64,000 bases of DNA from Bacteroidales bacterium (GCA_045600485.1 JAZRXX010000088.1:20260-84259); one strand, 5' to 3'. Positions 27,323-37,812 are shown, counted from the first letter of the stretch. Translations and numbers: made by a program. Notes: generated by a model not told the origin, from the letters alone.

Positions 27323-27451
27323 ATGGAAGTTATCAAGCAGACATATTCTTATGATGATAAAATACATCGCACATTAACCTCAACATACCACTTCATGAAT
27401 GGAGGTTGGACAAAAGTTAGTGACAAATACTATTATTACTCTGCTATTTAA
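27323..27451 (+). CDS. 42-aa small protein (not in ORF track)
   Basis: MEVIKQTYSYDDKIHRTLTSTYHFMNGGWTKVSDKYYYYSAI; between promoter and terminator. Confidence 0.55.
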   Translation: MEVIKQTYSYDDKIHRTLTSTYHFMNGGWTKVSDKYYYYSAI

Positions 27452-27466
27452 CAAAGTCAATTCAAT

Positions 27467-27509
27467 AAAAAAAAGCTCCCACATTTCGAAATGTGAGAGC
27501 TCTTTTTTT
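27467..27509. terminator. Bidirectional intrinsic terminator
   Basis: A-run AGCTCCCACATT-TCGA-AATGTGAGAGCT then C and T-run. Confidence 0.85.
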
Positions 27510-27528
27510 ATTGATTGATGGTTGGTTG

Positions 27529-30500
27529 TCACTTAACCATCATAACCTTGCCATTCTGGATGAAGAGACCCTTGGCAGAAGTCTGACGACCAGAGAGGTC
27601 GAAAGCACGAGAAGAAGTCTGCTTGGCTTCGATGCTATTGATGCTGTTGCCACCCACGTTGATAGCAGGACCGAAACCACCGCGTGCATTGGCAACACGT
27701 ACAGAACCCTCGGTTGGAACTTCGGTTGTGATGGTCTTGCCATCTACAAGGAAGACAGTACCCTCGGCAATAGACCCAACCTGAGCACAGATTGTTTCTG
27801 GAGCCCAATCACCATAGATGTTGGCGAGGGTGTACTTAGCAGCCTCTTCGGCCGTGAGGATAGTTTCGTACTGCTTGTTGCCACTGGCATGGGTGAAGTT
27901 CATCACGTTGCTGGCAGGAGAAATCACCTTGCCAGTTGTATCCATGGTGTTGTACTCCTTGAATGCATAGGCAGCAATGTTCATGCCTGCTGCAGTAAAG
28001 CGAGAAGAAGCCAACTTGTCAGGCTGGTTGATTACTGTGTTCAGGTAGATAGCCTTCGAATCACCACCCCATGAACGGCCGAGGTTGAAGGTCTTCGACA
28101 AAGTCTCTACAGTACAGTTCATGAAGACATAACCCCACTTGCACCCAGAATCGGTGTAAGGAGCACAGATGGTGCAATCGCCAGATTCTGGAGTCTTAGC
28201 GCGGCTTTCGTTGACAAGCTTGACACGGTTGTAAACAACGTCGCCATCACCACAGAGATAATCGACAGTGCCATGGATCTCGCAATCCTCCCAGTAGAAT
28301 CGCTTGGCAGCATTGCTATAGTAGGTATCCTGATAAGAGAGCAGACGAACATTCTTGCAGATTGTGTTGCGACCCTTATCCTGCAGACAGACAGCACGAC
28401 CAGCAGCACCAGTTCCATAGTAGTCAAGTGCATTCTGGATGGTCAAATCCTGGAGGTAGAGGTTGTTGGCCGAGTTGAGGAGGGTAGCGGTAGTTCCGAT
28501 ACCTTCGTTCTCCTTGGCTGGTGCATTAACAATGATTGTACCTTCCATTGACTCGCCGATGATTGAGATATTGTCACCAGAGATCTGTGTCAAAGCGGTC
28601 TCGCCGAGATTATAGGTGCCGTTTGGCAAATAGATCTTGGCATTGCCGGTTGAGTTGGCAGAAGAGAGTGCAATCAAGAAGCTGCTGACATCGTTGGCTG
28701 CAATAATGTAGTAACCTGTAGCCTCGTCGAACTTGATGAAATCAACCACATTGCTGATAGTAATATTGTGAACATAGGCAGTTCCAGCAAATACGATGTC
28801 GAGCCACTGCTCAGGACCGTCGTACTGGATTGTATGCTCTGCGCCATCGGTATCAGCCTTGGCTTTGAAGGTTGCATATTGAACGCCATCGGCACCAGTT
28901 ACAGTTGCTTCAGCATCGCTTGAATAAACACAATTGCCGATAGTGATGTAAGCCTTGCCACCTACGTGTACGCGTACTTTAGAGGCATTCCAACCATGCT
29001 GGAAGTCATTGTATCTGCCTTCGATCTCCAAACACTCGTGGTCGGCAGGATCGAAGCCTGCCATGGTCAGGTTATAGATGTAACGAGCGGTGTTGTTGGC
29101 TACCTCGATCTCGGTAGCACGAGCATAGAGCTTGGTATCTTCCTGCAACATGATGCCTTCGGCAATCTTGACTGCAGAATTCTGGGTTGAGTTGAACCAA
29201 CCACGGAACTTCATGCCTTCGCCTACGGTAACCTTGTCGCTGCTGACTGCATACTTGAGGAGAGAACCACCTTCGACGGTCTGCTTGCTCAACAATGTCT
29301 TACCATCTGTATCGTAGTATGATACGGTTACGTCAGGCAGAAGATCGCAAGCTTCGGCAGAGAAGAATGGAATATAGTCGGAGGTAGTGATGGTAAGTGT
29401 CTGTGGTGTCTCGTTGTTGTAATACCAGACAACGACCTTGTCGGTCGAAGTGTTGTTGTCACAACCCTTCTTGCAATCAATTTCGGCAATGGTTTCGCCC
29501 TGCTCATTCTTGACAATAGCTGGGCTATTACCATAGTTGCAGCTACCGAAGGTGAACTTGACAGGACCGTCACATGGAACGGTAATGACAGTCTTGTTGT
29601 AACCGTGCTGTGCATCGTGGAATGAACCCTCGATCTTGACACCCAATGGGAGGACACCTGTCTCTGGCAGAACCACCTTGTATTCGGTAGAACGGAAGTC
29701 AACCATAAAGTTCTGGAAGGAACGAAGCTCAACTTCGCCGTTCATGGTGCCATTGATCTTGATGTTGCCGATAGCCATCTTCTTGTTGTTTGCAACATTG
29801 CTCATGTAGAAACGAAGCTTGAAGATGGTGCAGCCCTCGTTGGCAGTAATCTGCTCAACATGGGTAAGTGGTGCATCTGGATTGGCATTGTTGTTGCGAC
29901 GAATCTGTGTCTTAGGATCACTGTAGGCAACAATCTCACTTTCGTTGTTATCGAGCACGTATGACCATGAGAAGTAAGCGTTGTCGGTACCATCCTTGAT
30001 TGCATCAAACGAAACGCTGGTAGGAGTGAAGGTCAAGCCCTTGCGTACCTTGATGGTATATTCAACCATATCGGTAATCTCGTTGCCTGGGTTGCTGTTG
30101 TTAGGACGATAGATCATGTACTGGTTGCTGGTAACCTGAGTATAGGCAGAAGGACCAGTGACCTCAAGGTCAGAACCTACAGCAATCTTTGACTGAGAGA
30201 GGAAGTCCAGGCCATCGCTCAACTCTGGCTTGCTCTCGTTGCCGACTGCCCAAGCAATCCAAACTGGATTGTTCTCGAACTTGTCGCCTGAAGGAGCTAC
30301 ATAGTTAGCAGGGAGGACAACGTTTACTGTACGGAAGTAGCTGCCATCGCCAATGACGATTTCGCATGAGTCTACATCCTCTTCCTCGGTATAAGTATAT
30401 ACCTTTTCGGTGTTGCCTTCGGCAGCTTTGCCATTGAAGGTTGTTGTGGTGGTAGCGCTGTAGGACTCGACGGTAATGGTTGCACCCTTGGCTGACTTGA

Positions 30501-32658
30501 CGGTCAGTTTGGTGCCAGCATTAATCTGTGCCCAGTCGCCCCAGTTACCATTGGCAATCTTGCCGGAGGTAACGTCGCAGAACATTGGAACATCCTGCAT
30601 CTCGCCATCGACATTGGTCTGTGCGATGAACTTGAAGTTCTTGTCAGCGCCTTGGGCAGCAAGAACTGGTGCACCATTGTTGCGCTGGAAATCCCAGACG
30701 ATGGAGGCAGACTCATGGAGAGAAGCAAAATTGTTGCCGTTCTGCTTGAACACTGGAGTCAAGGTCAGATCGGTGGTTGGGTTGATGACATCACCAATCT
30801 TGTGGGTGTTCTTGCCATCGTTCCAACCTACAAGTGTGTAACCCTCCTTGTAGAGTGTGTAGTTCTTGACAATCTTGTAATCGCTTTGGAATTCAGGAGT
30901 ATCAACACCTGGAACAGTGCCTTCTGCCTCCTCGTTGCCCAAAGTATAAGTAATAGTTACATTCGAAGGAAGTTCGTTTACCTCTTCGACTGCAATGTAA
31001 GGGCAGTAGCTTGGAACAGAGATGGTGAGTGTGGTAGGCTCGGTTCCCTTGTAGTAAGCCGATGCTGTAGTCTTGTCATTCTTCCAGCACTGGCTTGGGA
31101 CACCGAAGGTAACCTTCTCATCATCCGAGTTTGTGATGGTAACGGTATGGCCGGCATAGGTGCAAGCACCAACAGTAACCTTGGCAGGACCTTGAACAGG
31201 AACCACCAATACGAGGTTTGTGCTGCCATGGTCGTTGTAGAACTTACCGGTAATGGTAGCGATAGCATTGGCTGCATCAGGAGCAACACGGAGTGCTGAA
31301 CCGTCGGCAGCAATGGCGATGCCGTATGAGAACTCCTGATCCTGCTTCTGGTCAGCCTCATCGATGAACGAAGCAGAACTGTTGTTGAGAACCAACTCAA
31401 ACTTGACTGGCTCCTTGGTAGTAGGTGTATAGTTGGCAGGGAGGACAACAGTTACGGTGCGGTAGTATGAACCATCGCCAATGACGATTTCGCAAGAGTC
31501 AACATCCTCTTCCTCGGTATAAGTATATACCTTCTCGGTGTTTCCTTCGGCAGCTTTGCCATTGAAGGTTGTTGTGGTGGTAGCGTTGTATGACTCGACG
31601 GTAATGGTTGCACCCTTGGCTGACTTGACGGTCAGTTTTGTGCCTGCATTAATCTGTGCCCAGTCGCCCCAGTTGCCATTGGCAATTTTGCCAGCGGTAA
31701 CGTCGCAGAACATTGGAACATCCTGCACCTCGCCATCGACACTTGCCTGTGCGATGAAATTGAAGTTCATGGCAGCACCTTGGGCAGCAAGAATAGGAGT
31801 ACCATTGTTGCGCTGGAAATCCCAGACGATGGTAGTTGCTGACTGCATTTTGTCCAAGCTGTTGGCGTTTGCCTTGAAGATAGGAGTGAGCTCCATGTCG
31901 GCCGAAGGATTGATCTTGGCGCCAGAAGCATAGGTGTTCTTGCCATCGCTCCAACCAGTCAGCGTATGGCCCTCCTTGTAGAGTGTGTAGTTGCGAGCAA
32001 CGTTATAATCTGCCTCAAACTCAACTTCGGCAGCGGCAGGTACACTACCCTCGGCTACAGCCTCACCCATAGCATAGGTAATCTGGACAGCAGAAGGTAA
32101 CTCTGTGACCTCTTCGATAGCTATGTATGGGAGGTAATCGGTACCCTTGATGGTCAAGGTTGTTGCCTCGTTCTTCTTGTAGTAACCTTTAGCTACGGTC
32201 TTGTCGTTCTTCCAGCAGGTACCAGGAGTGTCGAATGTGTTGCTTGCACCTGCAGCATCGGTGATGGTTACCGTGTGCTTGCCATAGGTACAAGCTCCTG
32301 CTGTAACAAGTGTATAGCCCTTGACAGGAACAGTAAGGACTACGTTCTGGCAGCCATGTTCGCCGTGATACTTGCCAGTGATGGTGGCAACGGCATTCTC
32401 AGCATCGGCAGCTACACGCGATGCTGTTCCATCGGCAGCAATGGCGATGCCATACGAGAATTCCGTTCCTTGTACCTGAACTTCGGCGGGAAGGAATGAA
32501 CCATCGCTGTTGTTGAGAATCAAGCCGAAACTGAGTGGCTTGCTTTCTGATTCAGCGGATGCTGCCGTCTGGGTGTGGAAACTTAAGGTTTCCGTCACCT
32601 GTGCCGCTATGAGCGCGGTAGTGAGGAGCATCGCTAAAGAAATGAGTAATTTCTTCAT
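27529..32658 (-). CDS. Multidomain pectin methylesterase (CE8) with duplicated N-terminal modules and T9SS-type tail
   Basis: 1709 aa; RAVCL, SYQDTYY, IHGTVDYLCG, LGRSW; internal repeat offset 1128 bp; FDLSGRQ..GLFIQNGKVMMVK. Confidence 0.92.
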   Translation of the reverse strand: MKKLLISLAMLLTTALIAAQVTETLSFHTQTAASAESESKPLSFGLILNNSDGSFLPAEVQVQGTEFSYGIAIAADGTASRVAADAENAVATITGKYHGEHGCQNVVLTVPVKGYTLVTAGACTYGKHTVTITDAAGASNTFDTPGTCWKNDKTVAKGYYKKNEATTLTIKGTDYLPYIAIEEVTELPSAVQITYAMGEAVAEGSVPAAAEVEFEADYNVARNYTLYKEGHTLTGWSDGKNTYASGAKINPSADMELTPIFKANANSLDKMQSATTIVWDFQRNNGTPILAAQGAAMNFNFIAQASVDGEVQDVPMFCDVTAGKIANGNWGDWAQINAGTKLTVKSAKGATITVESYNATTTTTFNGKAAEGNTEKVYTYTEEEDVDSCEIVIGDGSYYRTVTVVLPANYTPTTKEPVKFELVLNNSSASFIDEADQKQDQEFSYGIAIAADGSALRVAPDAANAIATITGKFYNDHGSTNLVLVVPVQGPAKVTVGACTYAGHTVTITNSDDEKVTFGVPSQCWKNDKTTASAYYKGTEPTTLTISVPSYCPYIAVEEVNELPSNVTITYTLGNEEAEGTVPGVDTPEFQSDYKIVKNYTLYKEGYTLVGWNDGKNTHKIGDVINPTTDLTLTPVFKQNGNNFASLHESASIVWDFQRNNGAPVLAAQGADKNFKFIAQTNVDGEMQDVPMFCDVTSGKIANGNWGDWAQINAGTKLTVKSAKGATITVESYSATTTTTFNGKAAEGNTEKVYTYTEEEDVDSCEIVIGDGSYFRTVNVVLPANYVAPSGDKFENNPVWIAWAVGNESKPELSDGLDFLSQSKIAVGSDLEVTGPSAYTQVTSNQYMIYRPNNSNPGNEITDMVEYTIKVRKGLTFTPTSVSFDAIKDGTDNAYFSWSYVLDNNESEIVAYSDPKTQIRRNNNANPDAPLTHVEQITANEGCTIFKLRFYMSNVANNKKMAIGNIKINGTMNGEVELRSFQNFMVDFRSTEYKVVLPETGVLPLGVKIEGSFHDAQHGYNKTVITVPCDGPVKFTFGSCNYGNSPAIVKNEQGETIAEIDCKKGCDNNTSTDKVVVWYYNNETPQTLTITTSDYIPFFSAEACDLLPDVTVSYYDTDGKTLLSKQTVEGGSLLKYAVSSDKVTVGEGMKFRGWFNSTQNSAVKIAEGIMLQEDTKLYARATEIEVANNTARYIYNLTMAGFDPADHECLEIEGRYNDFQHGWNASKVRVHVGGKAYITIGNCVYSSDAEATVTGADGVQYATFKAKADTDGAEHTIQYDGPEQWLDIVFAGTAYVHNITISNVVDFIKFDEATGYYIIAANDVSSFLIALSSANSTGNAKIYLPNGTYNLGETALTQISGDNISIIGESMEGTIIVNAPAKENEGIGTTATLLNSANNLYLQDLTIQNALDYYGTGAAGRAVCLQDKGRNTICKNVRLLSYQDTYYSNAAKRFYWEDCEIHGTVDYLCGDGDVVYNRVKLVNESRAKTPESGDCTICAPYTDSGCKWGYVFMNCTVETLSKTFNLGRSWGGDSKAIYLNTVINQPDKLASSRFTAAGMNIAAYAFKEYNTMDTTGKVISPASNVMNFTHASGNKQYETILTAEEAAKYTLANIYGDWAPETICAQVGSIAEGTVFLVDGKTITTEVPTEGSVRVANARGGFGPAINVGGNSINSIEAKQTSSRAFDLSGRQTSAKGLFIQNGKVMMVK

Positions 32659-32746
32659 AGATTTTTAAGATTTTGTTATTAATAAAGGTTGGTGTTGAGT
32701 ATTTTCTTGGTGTAAGAGATAGTTATTTGTGTTTTAATTTCGCGTG

Positions 32747-32846
32747 CAAAGATAAGCATTTTTTTTGTTTCCCAATCAAAAAGCGCCAAAAAAATGACAA
32801 TTTCGATTGTTTCATGCGCGTATATTATATATAATGTGTATCTTTG
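32747..32846. promoter_or_regulatory. Divergent -7 elements for CE8 (32747-32754, minus) and rlhA (32839-32846, plus)
   Basis: Both TATCTTTG. Confidence 0.65.
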
Positions 32847-32869
32847 CATTGTTTATTATTTGTTGAAGG

Positions 32870-34777
32870 ATGCAAGAATTGGAATTGCTGGCTCCTGCCA
32901 GAGATGCAGAAATTGGAATAGAAGCGTTCCGCCATGGTGCGGATGCAGTTTATATCGGAGCTCCAAGATTCGGAGCTCGTGCAGCTGCTGGAAATAGCTT
33001 GGAGGATATTGAACGATTAGCGGTTTTCGGACATCAGTATGGTGCTCGGACGATTGTGGCATTCAATACCATCCTGAAAGACTCAGAGCTGTCGGATGCT
33101 GAACGACAGGCCAGGCAACTCTATGAGGCTGGCGTTGATGCCCTCATCATTCAGGATTTGGGTGTGCTGAAACTCCATCTGCCACCAATTCCTCTACATG
33201 CCTCGACGCAGACCGACAATAGGACGATTGAGAAGGTACGATTGATGCACCAGCTTGGTTTTACGCGTGTTGTTGTTGCCCGAGAACTTTCGGTCGAAGA
33301 AATACAAGCAATTCACGAAGCTGTGCCAGAAGTGGAGCTTGAGTGCTTTGTGTATGGTGCTCTTTGTGTCTGCATCAGTGGACAATGCTATATGAGTGCT
33401 GCCTTGACTGGACGTAGCGCCAATCGTGGCGAGTGCGCCCAGCCTTGCCGGTTGCCTATGGATCTGCTCGATGCGAATGGCCGTACGATCATTAGTCAGA
33501 AACATCTGTTGTCGCTGCGAGATATGAACCGTAGTGCATATGTGGCTGATTTGATCCGGGCTGGTGTGACGAGCTTCAAGATTGAGGGTCGATTGAAGGA
33601 TATGTCGTATGTCAAAAATGTTGTAGCCTATTATCGAAAAAAACTCGACGAGGCGATTGATGAATTTCGTACAGAGGACTCCGGCGCTGATCGGTTTGAC
33701 AGGGATAGGATTCAGTATTCTTTTGAGCCCAATCCTCAAAAGTCATTCAATCGAGGTTTTACTTCCTATTTTGCTGATGGGAAGCGTGAGATGATGTGGA
33801 ACTTTGATTCTCCAAAGTCGATGGGCGAACCTGTTGGTGTAGTGAGAGAAGTGGGAAGAGATTGGTTCCGATGTTCTGATGCGACAATTCATAATGGAGA
33901 TGGTCTGGTGTGCGACAAAAAGATAGGATTCAGGGCAAATCGTGTGGACGAGGGTGGAAAAGTCTTTCCACTTGGAGGACAGGAGGTATGCCGACAGCTG
34001 AGGAAAGGCATGGATGTGAGACGAAATCTGGATATTGCTTTCGATCAGCTACTTGAAAAACCGTCTGCTGATCGTCGTGTTCCGTTGTTTTTACGTTTTG
34101 TGGCAGACGAGAACCATTTGGAACTGCAGTTGTCGAGATCTTGTGCGTTCTGTTCCGAAGGCAGTTGTTCGGTTTCGGTATCTTTGCAAGGAAACTTCGA
34201 AAAAGCACAGAAACCACAGGTGGAAAATTTTCACAAACAGCTGTCGAAGCTCGGTGACAGCATCTATTGTGTCGGAGAGATTCACTTGGAGGGAGGGGAA
34301 TACTTTGTGCCAAGTTCCATGCTTTCGCAATTGCGCAGAGATGGTGTGCAAATGCTCGACCAAAAATGGAAAAATCTGTACGAAACTCACCGAAAGAGTT
34401 TTGTTTGTCCTGATTATCAGGCTTTGGTTGAGACTGTTGACGCGGCATCCATTCTTCCTCATGATTTCAAAGCGAATGTTTTGAACAAAAATGCCCGTGA
34501 AATATACCATTTGATGGGAGTTGAAGATGTTGAGCAAGCGTTTGAAAATCAACGCAAAGATGGAGCTGTTGTGATGCAGACGAAACATTGTTTGAAGATG
34601 GCTCTCGGAAAGTGCCCGAAACACCCCCTGAAAACAGGTGATATAACGGAGTTATCAACACTTTCTTTGCCGGAACCTTGGTCTATAAGAATAGGAAATG
34701 AGAAATTTATTTTAAAATTTGGGTGCAAAAATTTGTGTGTTTCGGAAATTTTTCGTACATTTGCACACGAAAAATGA
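32870..34777 (+). CDS. rlhA: U32-family protein with DUF3656 (RlhA-like 23S rRNA hydroxylation protein)
   Basis: ELLAPA, GADAVYIG, HASTQ, CVCISGQC, SANRGECAQPCR, FKIEGR. Confidence 0.85.
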   Translation: MQELELLAPARDAEIGIEAFRHGADAVYIGAPRFGARAAAGNSLEDIERLAVFGHQYGARTIVAFNTILKDSELSDAERQARQLYEAGVDALIIQDLGVLKLHLPPIPLHASTQTDNRTIEKVRLMHQLGFTRVVVARELSVEEIQAIHEAVPEVELECFVYGALCVCISGQCYMSAALTGRSANRGECAQPCRLPMDLLDANGRTIISQKHLLSLRDMNRSAYVADLIRAGVTSFKIEGRLKDMSYVKNVVAYYRKKLDEAIDEFRTEDSGADRFDRDRIQYSFEPNPQKSFNRGFTSYFADGKREMMWNFDSPKSMGEPVGVVREVGRDWFRCSDATIHNGDGLVCDKKIGFRANRVDEGGKVFPLGGQEVCRQLRKGMDVRRNLDIAFDQLLEKPSADRRVPLFLRFVADENHLELQLSRSCAFCSEGSCSVSVSLQGNFEKAQKPQVENFHKQLSKLGDSIYCVGEIHLEGGEYFVPSSMLSQLRRDGVQMLDQKWKNLYETHRKSFVCPDYQALVETVDAASILPHDFKANVLNKNAREIYHLMGVEDVEQAFENQRKDGAVVMQTKHCLKMALGKCPKHPLKTGDITELSTLSLPEPWSIRIGNEKFILKFGCKNLCVSEIFRTFAHEK

Positions 34778-34836
34778 ACATGTAACGAGAGAACAACAAA
34801 AATCGTTTCAAATAACAACACAAAAAATATATCCCA

Positions 34837-35436
34837 ATGAGCGATCAGAAAAAAATTAAAACCGCTTTGGTCTCTGTCTTCCATAAGGATGGTTTGGACG
34901 AGATTATCAAGAAACTTCATGCCGAGGGAGTAACCCTTCTCTCTACCGGTGGTACCCAGAACTTCATCGAGAGCCTTGGTGTTCCTTGCAATGCCGTTGA
35001 AGACTTGACCAGCTATCCAAGCATTTTGGGTGGTCGTGTAAAGACTCTTCATCCAAAGGTGTTCGGTGGTATTCTTGGTCGTCGCGATAATGAAGGCGAC
35101 AAAGAGCAGATGGCTAAGTACGAAATTCCAGAGATTGACCTCGTCATCGTTGACCTTTATCCTTTCGAACAGACTGTTGCCAGTGGTGCTGACTTCCAAA
35201 GCATCATCGAGAAGATTGATATCGGTGGTATTTCATTGATCCGTGCAGCTGCCAAGAACTTTAAGGATGTGATTATTGTAGCCAGCAAGGCTCAGTATCA
35301 GCAGTTGGCAAATATGCTTGCCAGCAAGGGTGCTGTGAGCGACTATGAGGACCGTATCTCATTTGCCGAGCAGGCATTCGGCGTTTCTTCGCACTACGAT
35401 ACTGCCATTCATGCCTGGTTCGAGAGCCAGAAATAA
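34837..35436 (+). CDS. purH: IMP cyclohydrolase (MGS-like N-terminal half of PurH only)
   Basis: ALVSVFHK, STGGT, GGRVKTLHP, IDIGG; stops at 199 aa. Confidence 0.88.
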   Translation: MSDQKKIKTALVSVFHKDGLDEIIKKLHAEGVTLLSTGGTQNFIESLGVPCNAVEDLTSYPSILGGRVKTLHPKVFGGILGRRDNEGDKEQMAKYEIPEIDLVIVDLYPFEQTVASGADFQSIIEKIDIGGISLIRAAAKNFKDVIIVASKAQYQQLANMLASKGAVSDYEDRISFAEQAFGVSSHYDTAIHAWFESQK

Positions 35437-35475
35437 GCTATCCCGAATCCTGAAACTTGAAACCCTTATTACAGA

Positions 35476-36495
35476 ATGGCTTTTTTCAAATTAACGCAAG
35501 ATGTGGCCATTGACCTTGGTACGGCCAATACAGTCATCATCCATAATGGCAAAATCGTTGTCAATGCTCCTTCTATCGTAGCTTTGGAGTCGCGCGATGG
35601 CAAGTTGATTGCTGTCGGCCACAAAGCGCAGATGATGGAGGGTAGAACTCCTGACGGTATCAAGACTGTTCGTCCATTGCGTGATGGAGTAATCGCAGAC
35701 TTCTATGCTGCCGAGCAGATGATTCGTGGCATGATCAAGATGGCTTTTGGCGGACATCATTTCTTCAATCCACAGCTCCGTATGGTGGTTGGTATTCCTT
35801 CGGGCTCTACCGAAGTTGAAATCCGAGCCGTACGCGACTCGAGCGAGCACGCAGGCGGCAAGGATGTCTATATGCTCTACGAACCAATGGCAGCCGCTAT
35901 CGGTATTGGCATGGATGTACTTGCACCTGAAGGAAACATGGTTGTAGATATCGGCGGTGGTTCGTCGGAAATCGCAGTCATCTCGTTGGGCGGTCTTGTT
36001 ACCAACAATTCTATTCGTGTTGCAGGTAATGATTTGACCCAAGATATCATGGACTATATGCGCCGACAGCACAATATCCGTGTTGGTATGCCTACAGCCG
36101 AGCAGATCAAGATTAATGTCGGCTCTGCTTTGACCGTGTTGGATAATCCACCGGAAGATTTTATTGTCCGTGGTCCTAACCAGATGACAGCACTCCCAAT
36201 GGAGGTGCCTGTCAGCTATCAGGAGATTGCTCACTGTATCGAGAAGTCAATCTCGAAAATTGAGGCTGCTGTGCTGAAAGGACTGGAGGAGACTCCTCCG
36301 GAGTTGTATGCCGATATTGTACGTAATGGTATCTGGCTGACTGGTGGTGGCGCTTTGCTTCGTGGTCTCGACAAGCGTCTTCAGGACAAGATCGGTATCA
36401 AGTTCCATGTGGCCGACGATCCATTGCTCTCGGTTGCCAAGGGTACGGGTATCGCATTGAAACATGTGACCGAATATCCATTCCTGTTGCGATAA
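35476..36495 (+). CDS. mreB: Rod shape-determining protein MreB
   Basis: IDLGTANT, RPLRDGVIADF, DIGGG, LTGGGALL. Confidence 0.97.
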   Translation: MAFFKLTQDVAIDLGTANTVIIHNGKIVVNAPSIVALESRDGKLIAVGHKAQMMEGRTPDGIKTVRPLRDGVIADFYAAEQMIRGMIKMAFGGHHFFNPQLRMVVGIPSGSTEVEIRAVRDSSEHAGGKDVYMLYEPMAAAIGIGMDVLAPEGNMVVDIGGGSSEIAVISLGGLVTNNSIRVAGNDLTQDIMDYMRRQHNIRVGMPTAEQIKINVGSALTVLDNPPEDFIVRGPNQMTALPMEVPVSYQEIAHCIEKSISKIEAAVLKGLEETPPELYADIVRNGIWLTGGGALLRGLDKRLQDKIGIKFHVADDPLLSVAKGTGIALKHVTEYPFLLR

Positions 36496-36498
36496 TCT

Positions 36499-37299
36499 AT
36501 GGAACTAATACTCCGCTTTTTTGCCAAGAACGGGCCATTCTTCACATGGCTCGTCTTGGTAATTCTCAGTATTCTGCTGCTGTGCCACACCAATCCATAT
36601 CAGCGAAGTGTGTGGTTCGGCGGTGCTAATATTGTGTCTGGTGGAGTACATACTTTGTCGGACGGAATTTCGGGCTATTTCGGATTGCGTCAAGTAAATA
36701 GTGAACTTTTGGGGCAGATGGCGTTACTCGAAGAGGAGAATTATCGTCTGCGCCAGGAGTTGCAGGCTTTGGCTGACGTTGATTCTGTATTGCATGCTTC
36801 GAAGCCTTACCAATTTGTAGTTGCTCACGTCATCGACAATTCTATCACTCAGGCCGAGAATTATCTGATTCTAAACAAAGGATCGGAGGATGGTATTTCT
36901 GTTGGCATGGCTGTGGCTGACCAGAATGGAGCCATTGGACAGGTTTCGAAGGTCAGTTCGCACTTTGCACAAGTGATCAGTATTTTGAATCCGAAGTTCA
37001 GTTTGTCTTCGTGCATTCAGAACGACCAGTCGGCTGGTAGTGTCACTTGGGATGGTGACAGTCCTGATTATGTCCAACTGAATGATGTGCCACGTAATGT
37101 CCAGTTCCAGATTGGCGATACTGTCATCACTTCTGGATATGGAGGATCTTTTCCTCGTGGTGTGCCTGTCGGTACTGTGGTGGAATCGTCGCCAGCACAA
37201 AACAATAACTTCCTTACGTTCAAAGTGAAGTTGACCTCTCACTTTGGCCGAATCAACGACGTCTTCGTCATTATCAACAACGAACCATGCCAATTCTGA
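36499..37299 (+). CDS. mreC: Rod shape-determining protein MreC
   Basis: TM + coiled coil, LNKGSEDG, GDTVITSG..FPRGVPVG; synteny. Confidence 0.93.
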   Translation: MELILRFFAKNGPFFTWLVLVILSILLLCHTNPYQRSVWFGGANIVSGGVHTLSDGISGYFGLRQVNSELLGQMALLEEENYRLRQELQALADVDSVLHASKPYQFVVAHVIDNSITQAENYLILNKGSEDGISVGMAVADQNGAIGQVSKVSSHFAQVISILNPKFSLSSCIQNDQSAGSVTWDGDSPDYVQLNDVPRNVQFQIGDTVITSGYGGSFPRGVPVGTVVESSPAQNNNFLTFKVKLTSHFGRINDVFVIINNEPCQF

Positions 37300-37781
37300 T
37301 TTCTTTACTTTGGATTCTTTTGGGCCTGGTTCTACAGGTCCTGCTATTTGACCGAATGCCTTTGGCAGGAGGTATTGTATTGAGTTATCTCTATTTGATT
37401 TTCCGTACGCCTGTCGAATGGAATCGTTCGCTCCAGATCTTTCTGGGTTTCTTGGTCGGCTTGACTGTCGATGTGTTCAGTAATACGCCAGGTCTGCATG
37501 CCCTGGTTTGTACAACTACGATGTGGCTTCGTCTGCCGATGCTCCACATGTTTGTTGTTGCCGATGATATCAAGAACGGTTGTCCGACCTACCATCGATT
37601 GGGTTTCTCTATTTTCTCTCGTTTTATGGCTATCCTGTTGGGTATCCATTGTGTGCTACTCTACAGTTTAGAGGCTTTTACCCTCTTCAATTTCTTCAAT
37701 CTGCTACTCAAGATCTTTGTCACCTTTGCACTGAGCTTCTTCTTCCTGTTGACTGCAGAAATGGCCAACGACACGAAGTAA
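37287..37781 (+). CDS. mreD: Rod shape-determining protein MreD
   Basis: Hydrophobic, GLTVDVFSNTPGLHA; synteny. Confidence 0.88.
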   Translation: MPILISLLWILLGLVLQVLLFDRMPLAGGIVLSYLYLIFRTPVEWNRSLQIFLGFLVGLTVDVFSNTPGLHALVCTTTMWLRLPMLHMFVVADDIKNGCPTYHRLGFSIFSRFMAILLGIHCVLLYSLEAFTLFNFFNLLLKIFVTFALSFFFLLTAEMANDTK

Positions 37782-37812
37782 GGTGTATCTTTCTTAAATT
37801 GCTATTTCCAAT

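Noticed and set aside
27138-27377. 79-aa ORF from the track
   Set aside because: Starts within a REP hairpin and spans the promoter; the 42-aa ORF in another frame fits the promoter-terminator unit better.
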